From: Octopus sinensis
Taxonomy: Eukaryota
Reading direction: 5' to 3'
DNA: 64,000 bases
Assembly (NCBI RefSeq): GCF_006345805.1
Contig: NC_043001.1
Coordinates: 77,872,001-77,936,000 of the forward strand
Part shown: positions 28,144 through 40,699 of the stretch, piece by piece
Numbering within the stretch: position 1 is the stretch's first letter
Layout of the letters: every line of letters begins with the position of its first letter
The notes under the pieces: model-generated
Told to the model about the DNA's origin: nothing
The model's database searches: none
Seen by the model: the letters and a program-made list of their open reading frames with translations, nothing else
Program-made: the position numbers and the translations under genes

Positions 28144-28569
28144 TTGAGTGAGAGAGGAGTGCATGCCATCAAAGTGACACTGGGGTAAAATATACGAAGC
28201 CCAGTATACCCATCTGATAAGGGTACACTACCCGTCTGATAAGGGTACACTAGGCACATGCATCACAACCATATGTGCGCGACATGGTGATCTCATATCA
28301 AAATAAACAGCACATGACCTTGCAGGTGGGGTCCAGTTAGAATTTTCTTCAGATCGAGTAGCCCATCCCACACGAAAGGTCCCTGAATAAGGGTTGTTTA
28401 AGGATGTTGAAAGAACCACCCATGTTTCCAGAGGTGAATTAATCAAACCCCAAAGAATCCCTCTCAACACATGGCTATGATGCTCCCCCACTACTTCTGC
28501 TCGTGATCAGAGATGCACATATCGTCAGCCACTAAGGGACATGCTCAACTGGTTAAAGTCAAACAACTG

Positions 28570-28570
<1 letters not shown>
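28144..28570 (-). mobile_element. 5'-truncated copy of the ~560-bp (TAA)n-associated element
   Basis: Both ends abut (TAA/ATT)n; high similarity to 41054-41612. Confidence 0.8.
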
Positions 28571-28630
<60 letters not shown>

Positions 28631-28645
28631 GTAGTAGTAGTAGTA

Positions 28646-28678
<33 letters not shown>

Positions 28679-28683
28679 TAGTA

Positions 28684-29222
28684 GCGGTTCCAAGCTGTGC
28701 AGTTTTCTGCAAGCGCTCCAGCCTTATTGCAGCTCATATTTGTTCCATCTACTTCTCAAGATTTTAATCACTGTTCTCAGGGCATCGGCAATTATAGGTA
28801 CTACTACCAACTTTTTCCTCGACCACAACTGCTTAGCCTCCCAGGGTAACCTGCCATATCTATCGACTTTTCTTTCTTTCTTATCGGATACATTTTTGTC
28901 AGGTGGGCATGCTAAATCTATGATCCAGCATAGTTTGCTTTCTTTCTCAATTAAGAATATGTCTGGCTTCCTATACCCTATCGTTAGCCCGTCCATACAT
29001 TTGATTTTTCCTTTCTTCATGACCAAGACACCATACTTTCTCAGTCCAAACACCAATCTGATATCAGCAATGAAAGTATACATCGTATCAACGAGGGAAC
29101 TGACGTGGGATTCATCTTACCATAAATTTTGAGGTCATCAATGAATAACAAATTGTTGACTTTTTGTTGGCGGTCTTTGAGTACTTACCCAGCTTTTGCT
29201 TTCATCAGAATCAGTGTTAGTG

Positions 29223-29226
<4 letters not shown>
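28684..29226 (-). pseudogene. Internally deleted R4/Dong-clade element: RT core fused to restriction-like endonuclease
   Basis: NNLLFIDDLKIYGK (FIDD at 29134-29145), DIRLVFGLRKYGVLVMKKGK, then directly RKPDIFLIEKESKLCWIIDLACPPDKNVSDKKERKVDRY (PD..D..K) and QKTAQLGTA. Confidence 0.85.
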
Positions 29227-29258
<32 letters not shown>

Positions 29259-29474
29259 CTCCCGACGCCGATGGACGTACGTGAATCAGCTCTGTGAGTT
29301 TTGTGCCAATTTTATTGGAAATTTTTTAATAAGCTTGAATATTTTTTAATATTTTTGTAGCCAACCGACCGGCTTCTTGCGGAGCTCGTCGGTTGGGCGA
29401 AAACTTTGCCCCTTCGGGGTGAAATTGCTGTTTTTACTTTGAAATTGACATTTTTGCACACACATAATTACAAA

Positions 29475-31324
29475 ATGGCTCTGAAACGAGCTGCTGGCTC
29501 TTCCCTCCTTCTTGCAACACCCCCTCCACAAGAACACAAAACAACGTCACGGGTTACGTACAACCCATTTCAAGCCGTAAAAGGCAACAAAGATCCTCCT
29601 TCCGAACCGGAGGCACGCGCTCGGTTCAAAAGGAGAATGCAAGCCAGGACGTCGCGTTCGACGTCACTCTTGATTTCCCCCCTCTGCCTTCAACAAGTGA
29701 TGCTGTACCGAAGAGGGAGGAAAAGAAACTTATAACAGACAACAAACACAGACAAGAACCAACAAAAAACTGTAAAAGCTTAACGATTTTGCTTCTGCTG
29801 CGAAGCAAATTTCGGAAGATGTAGAAGTATCAATGGAGGACATAAAAATGGCACAAGATTTGTTGAGAAAGGAGGAACAGTGTTTTCCTCCTCAACACAC
29901 CTCAACAACTCACACAAGAGACAAACAAAAGAACAATCTTTTATAAAGTCTTCGAAAAGAAAACTAAAAGATTGTTTAACGCCACACCACAACAGTTGGA
30001 GATGGCTCTGAAGCCCATTTGGGGCCAGAAGAGCTATGTGACAAGAGGGAAGCGATTTGGAACCGTGGAGGTTCGCTTCCCAACAGAGGAGCTTGCAAGG
30101 GCGAACGCCATTTCGCCCTTGCAAAATGAACATTTGTTCCTCGTCCCGACGTACCTCGGGCGTAAGGTACAAAAAATAACAATAAGCACAATACCCCCCG
30201 AACAGAAAATCTCATGGCTAGTGGCGGCTGTCCTCTATGGCATAGAGGACACTGCCACTATTCTGAATGTTCGGAGGGTACGAGAAAAGAACTGGTCAGG
30301 CATGGGAATTCAACTGCTGGTACAGATCCAGCAGGAAAACACAAATGCCATACCTGACTTTGTCATCTTGCTGGATGGGACCAGGCTAAATGTTATTGTA
30401 GAGGGGCGAAAGCCAAAATGTTTCCTCTGCAGTAGCGAAAGCCACCTAAAAAGGGACTGCCCCATTCAAAAAAGAGAATGGAGGAGTATAGCAAGAGGCA
30501 GCAGCAACAACAACAACAACACACACACAACAACAACAACAGAAACAACAAAAACAGCAGAAAAAACCAAAGGCTGCCACACCACCACACCATCACCAAC
30601 ACCAGCACCAAGACGAACAACATCACCTCCAACAACAACAACCACCACCAAACCAACACCGACACAACCACCACCAAACCAACACCGACACCAGTACCTC
30701 GAAGGTCGACAGCAGCGACATCAACAGTAACAGGAGCAGCGGCACCACCGATACCGGTGGAACCAGAAACTTTTCGTCCTGCTACTGAAGCAGACCCCTC
30801 AACCATTCCTTTGCCGGATGAAGAGTCGGATTGTGCGAGCTCTGATTCCAACAAAGGAGAATGGAGTATAGTGCCTCCAAGAAGAAAAGGAGGAAGAAAC
30901 AAAAAGATTTACAGGGGAAGCACGAACAAATAGTGCTTCCCAACATCAACAACAACAACAACAACACACACACTCACAACAACAACACAACAACACTTTC
31001 GACACCACTACTGCCACTGCCACACACACACCACACACAGACACAATTACATCAATAAACACAAAGAACCAAAAACTAGTTGAGTACTTAAAAAACAAAA
31101 CTAGTACAAATATAACCGATTTCATCATACCAACACAAACACACCACCACCACACATTCTCACAATAAAATAAATGCAAAAACATATGATGAAATCAAAC
31201 AAATATTCCCTAACGATGTGGGATCGCTAGGGAAAAGTTTCTCGAAGAAACTTTATAAAAACATTGTGGAAGCACCCGTGCAAAAGCACAAGGAGCCACC
31301 CCCACCACCAACAACAGTAAGTAG
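29475..31324 (+). CDS. Tx1 ORF1 (gag-like nucleic-acid-binding protein), frameshifted in this assembly
   Basis: Starts MALKRAAGSS; RRM-like region, CFLCSSESHLKRDC (CX2CX4HX4C), Thr/Asn/Pro-rich tract, KKK-rich patch; ends NNSK*. Confidence 0.75.
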
Positions 31325-31368
31325 AGCCTTTTTTCTCCTTTTTTTTTTTTTCCCCCCCTACTTGAGAC

Positions 31369-34300
31369 ATGGCAAATCTTAGAATCGGTTGCTTGAATGT
31401 GAGAGGCCTCGGGTCACCTTGGAAACAGGGTCACCTGTTAAACGACCTGAGGTTTCATGATGTGGATGTAGCAGCCATCAGTGAAACCAGGCTCTCCGAC
31501 CCGCAGGAACTCGCAGCCCTTTTCGGCGGATACGAGATATTTCTATCTCCGTGTCGGCCGGGAGCGGGCGGTGGTGGTACTGCGGTGTTGTTTCGGAAGG
31601 GCCTGGACCTGAAAATAAGGACAGTCTTCTTGGATCCGGAAGGTAAGTTGGTGGTCCTCGACGTGGACGGTAGTGACGGCGGTGCTTTCAGACTGCTGGC
31701 TGCCTACGCTCCGACAGGAGCAGGGCAGTCGGATTATTTCAAACGTCTGGAAGTTTTCCTGGGAACGTCACGCACTCTAGTGCTAGTTGGGGATTGGAAC
31801 GCTGTCTTAGACGAACGTTTCGATCGGGTGGGCAGGGGAGCGTCTGATAGGAGAGGGGGAGGGTGCAAGAGCCTCGCCAACCTACTCGGCCGCTTTCAGC
31901 TGTCCGACAGGTTTCGACTAGACAACCCGAATGTGCCAATGTGGACTTGGACAAACCGCATCGGGTCGTCTAGATCGTACTTAGATAGAGTGTTTTGTAG
32001 GCCAGCGGATAAGGACAGCGTAGGGTGTCCACAATTCCACCTAGTCGAATATACGGACCACAAATTAGTGATCTGTACGGTCGACTTAGATAGGCTACAT
32101 AGACAGGGACCCGGCTACTGGAAGCTGAACGCGTCGTTAACGGCGTGCAAAGCTTACAGAGACCGGATTAGTTTACTAGTTAAGCGGGCGCTCACGGGGG
32201 CAATCATCAACAACAACTGGTGGTTTGCCCTCAAGAGAGCAATTAGAGTAGAGTCGATTAGGTATAGTAAGACTCTAGCTATTGACGTAGGAAGAGAGAG
32301 CGGGATTTAGTTAAGAAACTAGACGAGGCTCTGACACTGGCATCGCGACCGACGTGTTGGCGGCAAGGTTGGCCCTCGACCAACACTTCGACGCCAAACA
32401 CGAAGGCTGCGTTGTCAGAGCTAAGGCACGTTCGCTAAGCGGGGAGGGGACTAGAGCCGCTCGATGGGCCCGCGTGGCGGAGGCGAAGCGAGGCAACAGA
32501 GCAACCATTCGGTCTTTGGTGGACCAGAACGGGCGCGAGGTTACCCAACCGAAGCAGATGTGTACGGTGCTTCAGCGGCACTTTGCTCAACTGTTTGGGA
32601 CGAGCGGTGGAACGGACACCAACGGTACAGACTTCGGTGTGTACCTGGACGGACTGCCGCAACTCTCGGACAGCGAGGCAGAGTGCTGCGAAGGACCGAT
32701 ATCTGCCTGGGAAGTACAGGAAGCGATGAAGAGTTGCACGAGAGGTAGATCGCCGGGTTTGGATGGTCTGCCCTACGAGCTTTACTTTTCAATGCCAGAC
32801 TTGTTTGCGGACCTGTTGGCAAACGTCTACTGCAACTGGCAGCAAAACGGGAGAATTCCTGCTTTTGTCTGTCGAGGGGTGGTGGCTTTGCTAAAGAAGG
32901 ACCCAAACAAGGGGGACGTTATAGGGAATTTCCGGCCCATCACTCTGCTCAATGCAGAGTTGAAGATTTTGGCCAAGGTGCTAGCCAAGAGATTGGCGCT
33001 TGTCGTGGACAAGCTGGTCGGCGGGACGCAGACATGCGCCGTGCCGACCAGGTCGATACACGACAACCTCCATCTCATGCGCTACATCATAGAGAGGGGG
33101 GGTAACGACGCTGGCGCGGGTGGGGCTTTGATCAACTTGGATCAGAGTAAAGCCTTCGATAGGGTCGACCATCGGTACCTGGCAGCTGTCCTCAAGGCAG
33201 CCGGCTTCGGTCCAGTCTTCCGCGGGTGGATCGCTGCTTTATACAGCAACATCTGCTCGGTGATACGGGTGAACGGTCACCTTTCGGAACCGTTCGACAT
33301 CTCGCGTTCGGTCCGCCAAGGATGCCCTCTCTCCTCCCTCTTGTACATTTTGACTCTCGAGCCATTACTGCGCAAGTTGGAGGCTTTGAGGGGCATCCCG
33401 CGCGATCTAGGAGGCGGAAACAGCGTGTCTGCTTATGCCGACGACGTCACCGTGGTGGTGTCGAGCCACAGGCACATTGGCCTGATTGGCGAGACGCTAA
33501 ACCAGTACGAAGCGGTGACAGGGGCAAAGATTAACGCGGAAAAGTCTGTGGGCTTGCAACTGGGCACCTGGAGAGGCAAGCCCATGCCGTCCAACAGCGT
33601 CGTAGGGCGCTGGACAGACGGACCCGTTAAACTGCTCGGGGTCTGGTTCGGTCCGGACCTCCAGGTGGATAAGAACTGGGAAGAGGTGACGAGCAGGGTG
33701 GCACGTCTCACCCAGAAATGGGCCGAGAGGAAGCTGTCCCTGAAAGGTCGAGCGGAGGTGGCGAATGCGTACATCGCATCCGTCATCTATTACCGCTTGA
33801 CCGTCGTCCCTTGTCCCGACCGCTGGTTGGCCAAGCTGGTACGCCTGCTCTTCGACTTTTTGTGGAAGGGTCAGGTGCCACTGGTCAGGCGATCCATCTG
33901 CTGTCAACGACCGCTGAACGGAGGCCTTGGAATGCCGTGGTTGCTGTTGCGCAGACATGCGCTCAGGCTGCGGCATCTCAAGCGCTTCCTAGACGGTGAA
34001 CAGGTGTGGTCGTCTTTTGTCAGACGCGATTTTCCGCAGCTCGTCTCTTTGACGGAGCTGCAGACCTGGATCAAACGTAGACCGAGAAAGGGCGCTTGGC
34101 ACCTCGAGTGCCGTCAAGCCCTCTCCGCCCTCCACCAGGCGGGCAATGCGGTCGGTTACAGCTCCACTCTAGCGTTCTATAGAGGGTTAGTGGAGGAAAA
34201 ATGCGACGACGTTCTCGGGGAACTCTAGGCGTTGAAGACGACGAACTGAGCGGTCTGTTCGGGAGGACTTTCGGGCCGGGGCCGATGGATAATTTCCAGA

Positions 34301-34800
34301 GGTCTCTCGCCTGGCAGTGCTACCGAGGGGCTCTGCCTGTTCGAGATAAACTCTACCGGCACGGAAGTGCCGTCAGCCGGGCCTGCCCGAGGTGTTGCCA
34401 GGACGACGAAACCGTTCTGCACGCACTCGTCCAGTGCCCGAGTATTGCTGAAATATGGGTTTATGTCGAACAGCTACTGTCACGTGTAGGACGGATCCGA
34501 CTATCGGCCGAATCCATAGTGAAGATTGCCCCGCCGACCTCCTTTAACAAGGAGGGCGAGGCCGTTTTCTTGTGCCTTGTGGCTGTGGCGAAAGAAGTCG
34601 TGTGGTGGACTCGTTTGAAAGGGCTAAAGTCAGACACTTTCCTCTTTGGTCAAGGCCTCATCAACTTTTTCAAGTTTCACTTGAAAAGGAAGATGAGGTT
34701 AGAGAGGAAAGTGCTGTCCGATAGCAAGTTTTATGAAAGGTGGGTGAATTGTGCGAGACTGGCCTGTATAAATGGACCAGTTCTCAGGTTTCGCCTGTGA
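31369..34800 (+). CDS. Tx1 ORF2: APE endonuclease, reverse transcriptase and CCHC finger; three single-base deletions
   Basis: EN motifs NVRGL, SET, GDWN, SYLD, TDH; RT motifs RPITLLN, DQSKAFD, QGCPLS, YADD; CPRCCQDDETVLHALVQC. Restoring 1 nt each at about 32285, 32332 and 34221 from copy 2 gives a 1144-aa ORF. Confidence 0.92.
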
Positions 34801-35081
34801 TTTCAAAGAAAAAGGTAATGTAAAAGGAGAAGAAGGGGACTCTCTACACCCCCTTTTTTTGACCAGGCTCCCGTTGGCTTTTGTAGGGTTTTTTCCACCG
34901 GAACCATTTCGAGACGTCTCCCCATTTTGGGAGTTTTTCATTGTTGAATTTTATAAGTTGTTATAAAGATTTTTACTCGATGTTTTTAAAAAAACGGCAA
35001 AACCCTTTGTAACCTTTCGTCCTGTCTTGTCCCTTTATGTAATCATGCGTGTTAGCCCTTGTGGCCAATAAAAAAGAATTG

Positions 35082-35115
<34 letters not shown>

Positions 35116-35335
35116 CTCCCGACGCCGATGGACGTACGTGAATCAGCTCTGTGAGTTTTGTGCCAATTTTATTGGAAATTTTTTAATAAGCTTGAATATT
35201 TTTTAATATTTTTGTAGCCAAACCGACCGGCTTCTTGCGGAGCTCGTCGGTTGGGCGAAATTTTGCCCCTTCGGGGTGAAATTGCTCTTTATTACATTGA
35301 AATTGACATTTTTTATGCACACACACATTTACAAA

Positions 35336-37231
35336 ATGGCTTTAAAACGAGCTGCTGGCTCTTCCTCCTTCTTGCAACACCCCCCCAAAGAACAAAAGGC
35401 AACGTCACGGGTTACGTACAACCCATTTCAAGCCGTAAAAGGCAACAAAGATCCTCCTTCCGAACCGGAGAGCACGCGCTCGTTCAAAAGGAAATGCAAG
35501 CCAGGACGTCGCGTTCGACGTCACTCTTGATTTCCCTCCTCTGCCTTCAACAAGTGATGCTGTACCGAAGAGGGAGGAAAAGAAACTTATAGCAGACAAA
35601 AATACAGACAAGAACCAACAAAAATGTTAAACTCTAACGATTTTGCTTCTGCTGCGAAGCAAATTTCGGAAGATGTAGAAATAACGATGGAGGACATAAA
35701 GAGGCACAAGATTTTGAGAAAGGAGGGGAACAGTGTTTTCCTCAACACACCTCAACAACTCACACAAGAGACAACAAAAGAACAATCTTTTATAAAGTCT
35801 TCGAAAGAAAACTAAAAGATTGTTTAACGCCCGCCACACCACACAGTTAGAGATGGCTCTGAAGCCCATTTGGGGCCAGAAGAGCTATGTGACAAGAGGG
35901 AAGCGATTTGGAACCGTGGAGGTTCGCTTCCCAACAGAGGAGCTGGCAAGGGCGAACGCCATTTCGCCCTTGCAAAATGAACATTTGTTCCTCGTCCCGA
36001 CGTACCTCGGGCGTAGGTACAAAAAATAACTATAAGCACAATACCCCCCAACAGAAATCTCATGGCTAGTGGCGGCTGTCCTCTATGGCATAGAGGACAA
36101 TGCCTATTCTGAATGTTCGGAGTACGAGAAAAGAACTGGTCAGGCATGGCATTCAACTGCTGGTACAGATCCAGCAGGAAAACATCAATGCCATACCTGA
36201 CTTTGTCATCTTGCTGGATGGGACAAGGCTAAATGTTATTGTAGAGGGGCGAAAGCCAAAATGTTTCCTCTGCAGTAGCGAAAGCCACCTAAAAAGGGAC
36301 TGCCCCATTCAAAAAAGAGAATGGAGGAATATAGCAAGAGGCAGCAGCAGCAACAACAACAACAAACAACAACAACACACAACACACAACAACAACAACA
36401 ACAACACAAGCAACAACAAGAAACAACAACAACAACACCAAGCAACAACACACACAACAGCAAGACCACCACACCACACACCATCACCAACACCAGCACC
36501 AACGACCACACCACCTCCAACAACAACAACCACCACCAAACCAACACCGACAACCACCACCAAACCACACCGACACCAGTACCTCGAAGGTCGACAGCAG
36601 CGACATCAACAGTAACAGGAGCAGCGGCACCACCGATACCGGTGGAACCAGAAACTTTTCGTCCTGCTACTGAAGCAGACCCCTCAACCATTCCTTTGCC
36701 GGATGAAGAGATCTCGGATTGTGCGAGCTCCGATTCCAACAAAGGAGAATGGAACATAGTACCTCCAAAAAAGAAAAGGAGGAAAAAACAAAAAGATTTA
36801 CAGGGGAAGCACGAACAAACAGTACTTCCCAACATCAACAACAACATCAACAACAACACACACGCACAACAACAAACAACAACAACAACACTTTCGACAC
36901 CACTACTGCCACTACCACAGACACAAACAAACACAGACACAATTACAGACACGATTACAGCATGAATACAAGAAACCAGGAACTGGTTGAGTATTTGAAA
37001 AAAAAACAAGCACAAACATTACAGATTTCATATACCTACACACAACCACCACCAGCACACATTCTCACAATTAAAATAAACAAAACAGTTTACAACGAAA
37101 TAAAACAAATATTCCCTAACGATGTGGGATCGTTAGGGAAAAGTTTCTCTCAGAAACTTTACAAAAATATTATTAAAGCACCCGTGCAAAAGCACAAGGG
37201 AGCCACCCCCACCACCAACAACAGTAAGTAG
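35336..37231 (+). CDS. Tx1 ORF1, copy 2 (frameshifted)
   Basis: Same N-terminus and zinc knuckle; longer low-complexity tract and diverged C-terminus. Confidence 0.7.
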
Positions 37232-37272
37232 AGCCTTTTTTCTCCTTTTTTTTTTTCCCTAACTTTTGAAAC

Positions 37273-40200
37273 ATGGCAAATCTTAGAATCGGTTGCTTGA
37301 ATGTGAGAGGCCTCGGGTCACCTTGGAAACAGGGTCACCTGTTAAACGACCTGAGGTTTCATGATGTGGATGTAGCAGCCATCAGTGAAACCAGGCTCTC
37401 CGACCCGCAGGAACTCGCAGCCCTTTTCGGCGGATACGAGATATTTCTATCTCCGTGTCGGCCGGGAGCGGGCGGTGGTGGTACTGCGGTGTTGTTTCGG
37501 AAGGACCTGGACCTGAAAATAAGGACAGTCTTCTTGGATCCGGAAGTTGGTGGTCCTCGACGTGGACGGTAGTGACGGCGGTGCTTTCAGACTGCTGGCT
37601 GCCTACGCTCCGACAGGAGCAGGGCAGTCGGATTATTTCAAACGTCTGGAAGTTTTCCTGGGAACGTCACGCACTCTAGTACTAGTTGGGGATTGGAACG
37701 CTGTCTTAGACGAACGTTTCGATAGGGTGGGCAGGGGAGCGTCTGATAGGAGAGGGGGAGGGTGCAAGAGCCTCGCCAACCTACTCGGCCGCTTTCAGCT
37801 GTCCGACAGGTTTCGACTAGACAACCCGAATGTGCCAATGTGGACTTGGACAAACCGCACCGCATCGGTCGTCTAGATCGTACTTAGATAGAGTGTTTTG
37901 TAGGCCAGCGGATAAGGACAGCGTAGGGTGTCCACAATTCCACCTAGTCGAATATACGGACCACAAATTAGTGATCTGTACGGTCGACTTAGATAGGCTA
38001 CATAGACAGGGACCCGGCTACTGGAAGCTGAACGCGTCGTTAACGGCGTGCAAAGCTTACAGAGACCGGATTAGTTTACTAGTTAAGCGGGCGCTCACGG
38101 GGGCAATCATCAACAACAACTGGTGGTTTGCCCTCAAGAGAGCAATTAGAGTAGAGTCGATTAGGTATAGTAAGACTCTAGCTATTGAACGTAGGAAGAG
38201 AGAGCGGGATTTAGTTAAGAAACTAGACGAGGCTCTTGACACTGGCATCGCGACCGACGTGTTGGCGGCAAGGTTGGCCCTCGACCAACACTTCGACGCC
38301 AAACACGAAGGCTGCGTTGTCAGAGCTAAGGCACGTTCGCTAAGCGGGGAGGGGACTAGAGCCGCTCGATGGGCCCGCGTGGCGGAGGCGAAGCGAGGCA
38401 ACAGAGCAACCATTCGGTCTTTGGTGGACCAGAACGGGCGCGAGGTTACCCAACCGAAGCAGATGTGTACGGTGCTTCAGCGGCACTTTGCTCAACTGTT
38501 TGGGACGAGCGGTGGAACGGACACCAACGGTACAGACTTCGGTGTGTACCTGGACGGACTGCCGCAACTCTCGGACAGCGAGGCAGAGTGCTGCGAAGGA
38601 CCGATATCTGCCTGGGAAGTACAGGAAGCGATGAAGAGTTGCACGAGAGGTAGATCGCCGGGTTTGGATGGTCTGCCCTACGAGCTTTACTTTTCAATGC
38701 CAGACTTGTTTGCGGACCTGTTGGCAAACGTCTACTGCAACTGGCAGCAAAACGGGAGAATTCCTGCTTTTGTCTGTCGAGGGGTGGTGGCTTTGCTAAA
38801 GAAGGACCCAACAAGGGGGACGTTATAGGGAATTTCCGGCCCATCACTCTGCTCAATGCAGTTGAAGATTTTGGCCAAGGTGCTAGCCAAGAGATTGGCG
38901 CTTGTCGTGGACAAGCTGGTCGGCGGGACGCAGACATGCGCCGTGCCGACCAGGTCGATACACGACAACCTCCATCTCATGCGCTACATCATAGAGAGGG
39001 TGGGTAACGACGCTGGCGCGGGTGGGGCTTTGATCAACTTGGATCAGAGTAAAGCCTTCGATAGGGTCGACCATCGGTACCTGGCAGCTGTCCTCAAGGC
39101 AGCCGGCTTCGTCCAGTCTTCCGCGGGTGGATCGCTGCTTTATACAGCAACATCTGCTCGGTGATACGGTGAACGGGCGGTCACCTTTCGGAACCGTTCG
39201 ACATCTCGCGTTCGGTCGCCAAGGATGCCCTCTCTCCTCCCTCTTGTACATTTTGACTCTCGAGCCATTACTACTGCGCAAGTTGGAGGCTTTGAGGGGC
39301 ATCCCGCGCGATCTAGGAGGCGGAAACAGCGTGTCTGCTTATGCCGACGACGTCACCGTGGTGGTGTCGAGCCACAGGCACATTGGCCTGATTGGCGAGA
39401 CGCTAAACCAGTACGAAGCGGTGACAGGGGCAAAGATTAACGCGGAAAAGTCTGTGGGCTTGCAACTGGGCACCTGGAGAGGCAAGCCCATGCCGTCCAA
39501 CAGCGTCGTAGGGCACTGGACAGACGGACCCGTTAAACTGCTCGGGGTCTGGTTCGGTCCGGACCTCCAGGTGGATAAGAACTGGGAAGAGGTGACGAGC
39601 AGGGTGGCACGTCTCACCCAGAAATGGGCCGAGAGGAAGCTGTCCCTGAAAGGTCGAGCGGAGGTGGCGAATGCGTACATCGCATCCATCCGTCATCTAT
39701 TACCGCTTGACCGTCGTCCCTTGTCCCGACCGCTGGTTGGCCAAGCTGGTACGCCTGCTCTTCGACTTTTTGTGGAAGGGTCAGGTGCCACTGGTCAGGC
39801 GATCCTGCTGTCAACGACCGCTGAACGGAGGCCTTGGAATGCCGTGGTTGCTGTTGCGCAGACAGCGCAGGGCTGCACGCATCTCAAGCGCTTCCTAGAC
39901 GGTGAACAGGTGTGGTCGTCTTTTGTCAGACGCGATTTTCCGCAGCTCGTCTCTTTGACGGAGCTGCAGACCTGGATCAAACGTAGACCGAGAAAGGGCG
40001 CTTGGCACCTCGAGTGCCGTCAAGCCCTCTCCGCCCTCCGCCAGGCGGGCAATGCGGTCGGTTACAGCTCCACTCTAGCGTTCTATAGAGGGTTAGTGGA
40101 GGAAAAATGCGACGACGTTCTCGGGGAAACTCTAGGCGTTGAAGACGACGAACTGAGCGGTCTGTTCGGAGGACTTTCGGGCCGGGGCGATGGATAATTT

Positions 40201-40699
40201 CCAGAGGTCTCTCGCCTGGCAGTGCTACCGAGGGGCTCTGCCTGTTCGAGATAAACTCTACCGGCACGGAAGTGCCGTCAGCCGGCCTGCCCGAGGTGTT
40301 GCCAGGACGACGAAACCGTTCTGCACGCACTCGTCCAGTGCCCGAGTATTGCTGAAATATGGGTTATGTCGAACAGCTACTGTCACGTGTAGGACGGATC
40401 CGACTATCGGCCGAATCCATAGTGAAGATTGCCCCGACCTCCTTTAACAAGGAGGGCGAGACCGTTTTCTTGTGCCTTGTGGCTGTGGCGAAAGAAGTCG
40501 TGTGGTGGACTCGTTTGAAAGGGCTAAAGTCAGACACTTTCCTCTTTGGTCAAGGCCTCATCAACTTTTTCAAGTTTCACTTGAAAAGAAGATGAGGTTA
40601 GAGAGGAAAGTGCTGTCCGATAGCAAGTTTTATGAAAGGTGGGTGAATTGTGCGAGACTGGCCTGTATAAATGGACCAGTTCTCAGGTTTCGCCTGTGA
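37273..40699 (+). CDS. Tx1 ORF2, copy 2 (many small indels)
   Basis: Near-identical to 31369-34800 at substitution level; fragmented by indels. Confidence 0.85.

Larger units (their letters stand above)
29258..35081 (+). mobile_element. Full-length Tx1-clade (L1 group) non-LTR retrotransposon, copy 1, in (ATT)n
   Basis: 5' end CCTCCCGACGCC after (ATT)11; ORF1, ORF2, 3' UTR with AATAAA, then (ATT)11; ends identical to copy 2. Confidence 0.92.

Noticed and set aside
29225-29257. (ATT)11 as a 33-bp target site duplication
   Set aside because: A TSD cannot be defined inside a microsatellite, and the run after copy 2 is different.
29976-40330. Antisense and alternate-frame ORFs over the Tx1 copies
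   Set aside because: Expected shadow ORFs of GC-rich or low-complexity coding DNA; no motifs.
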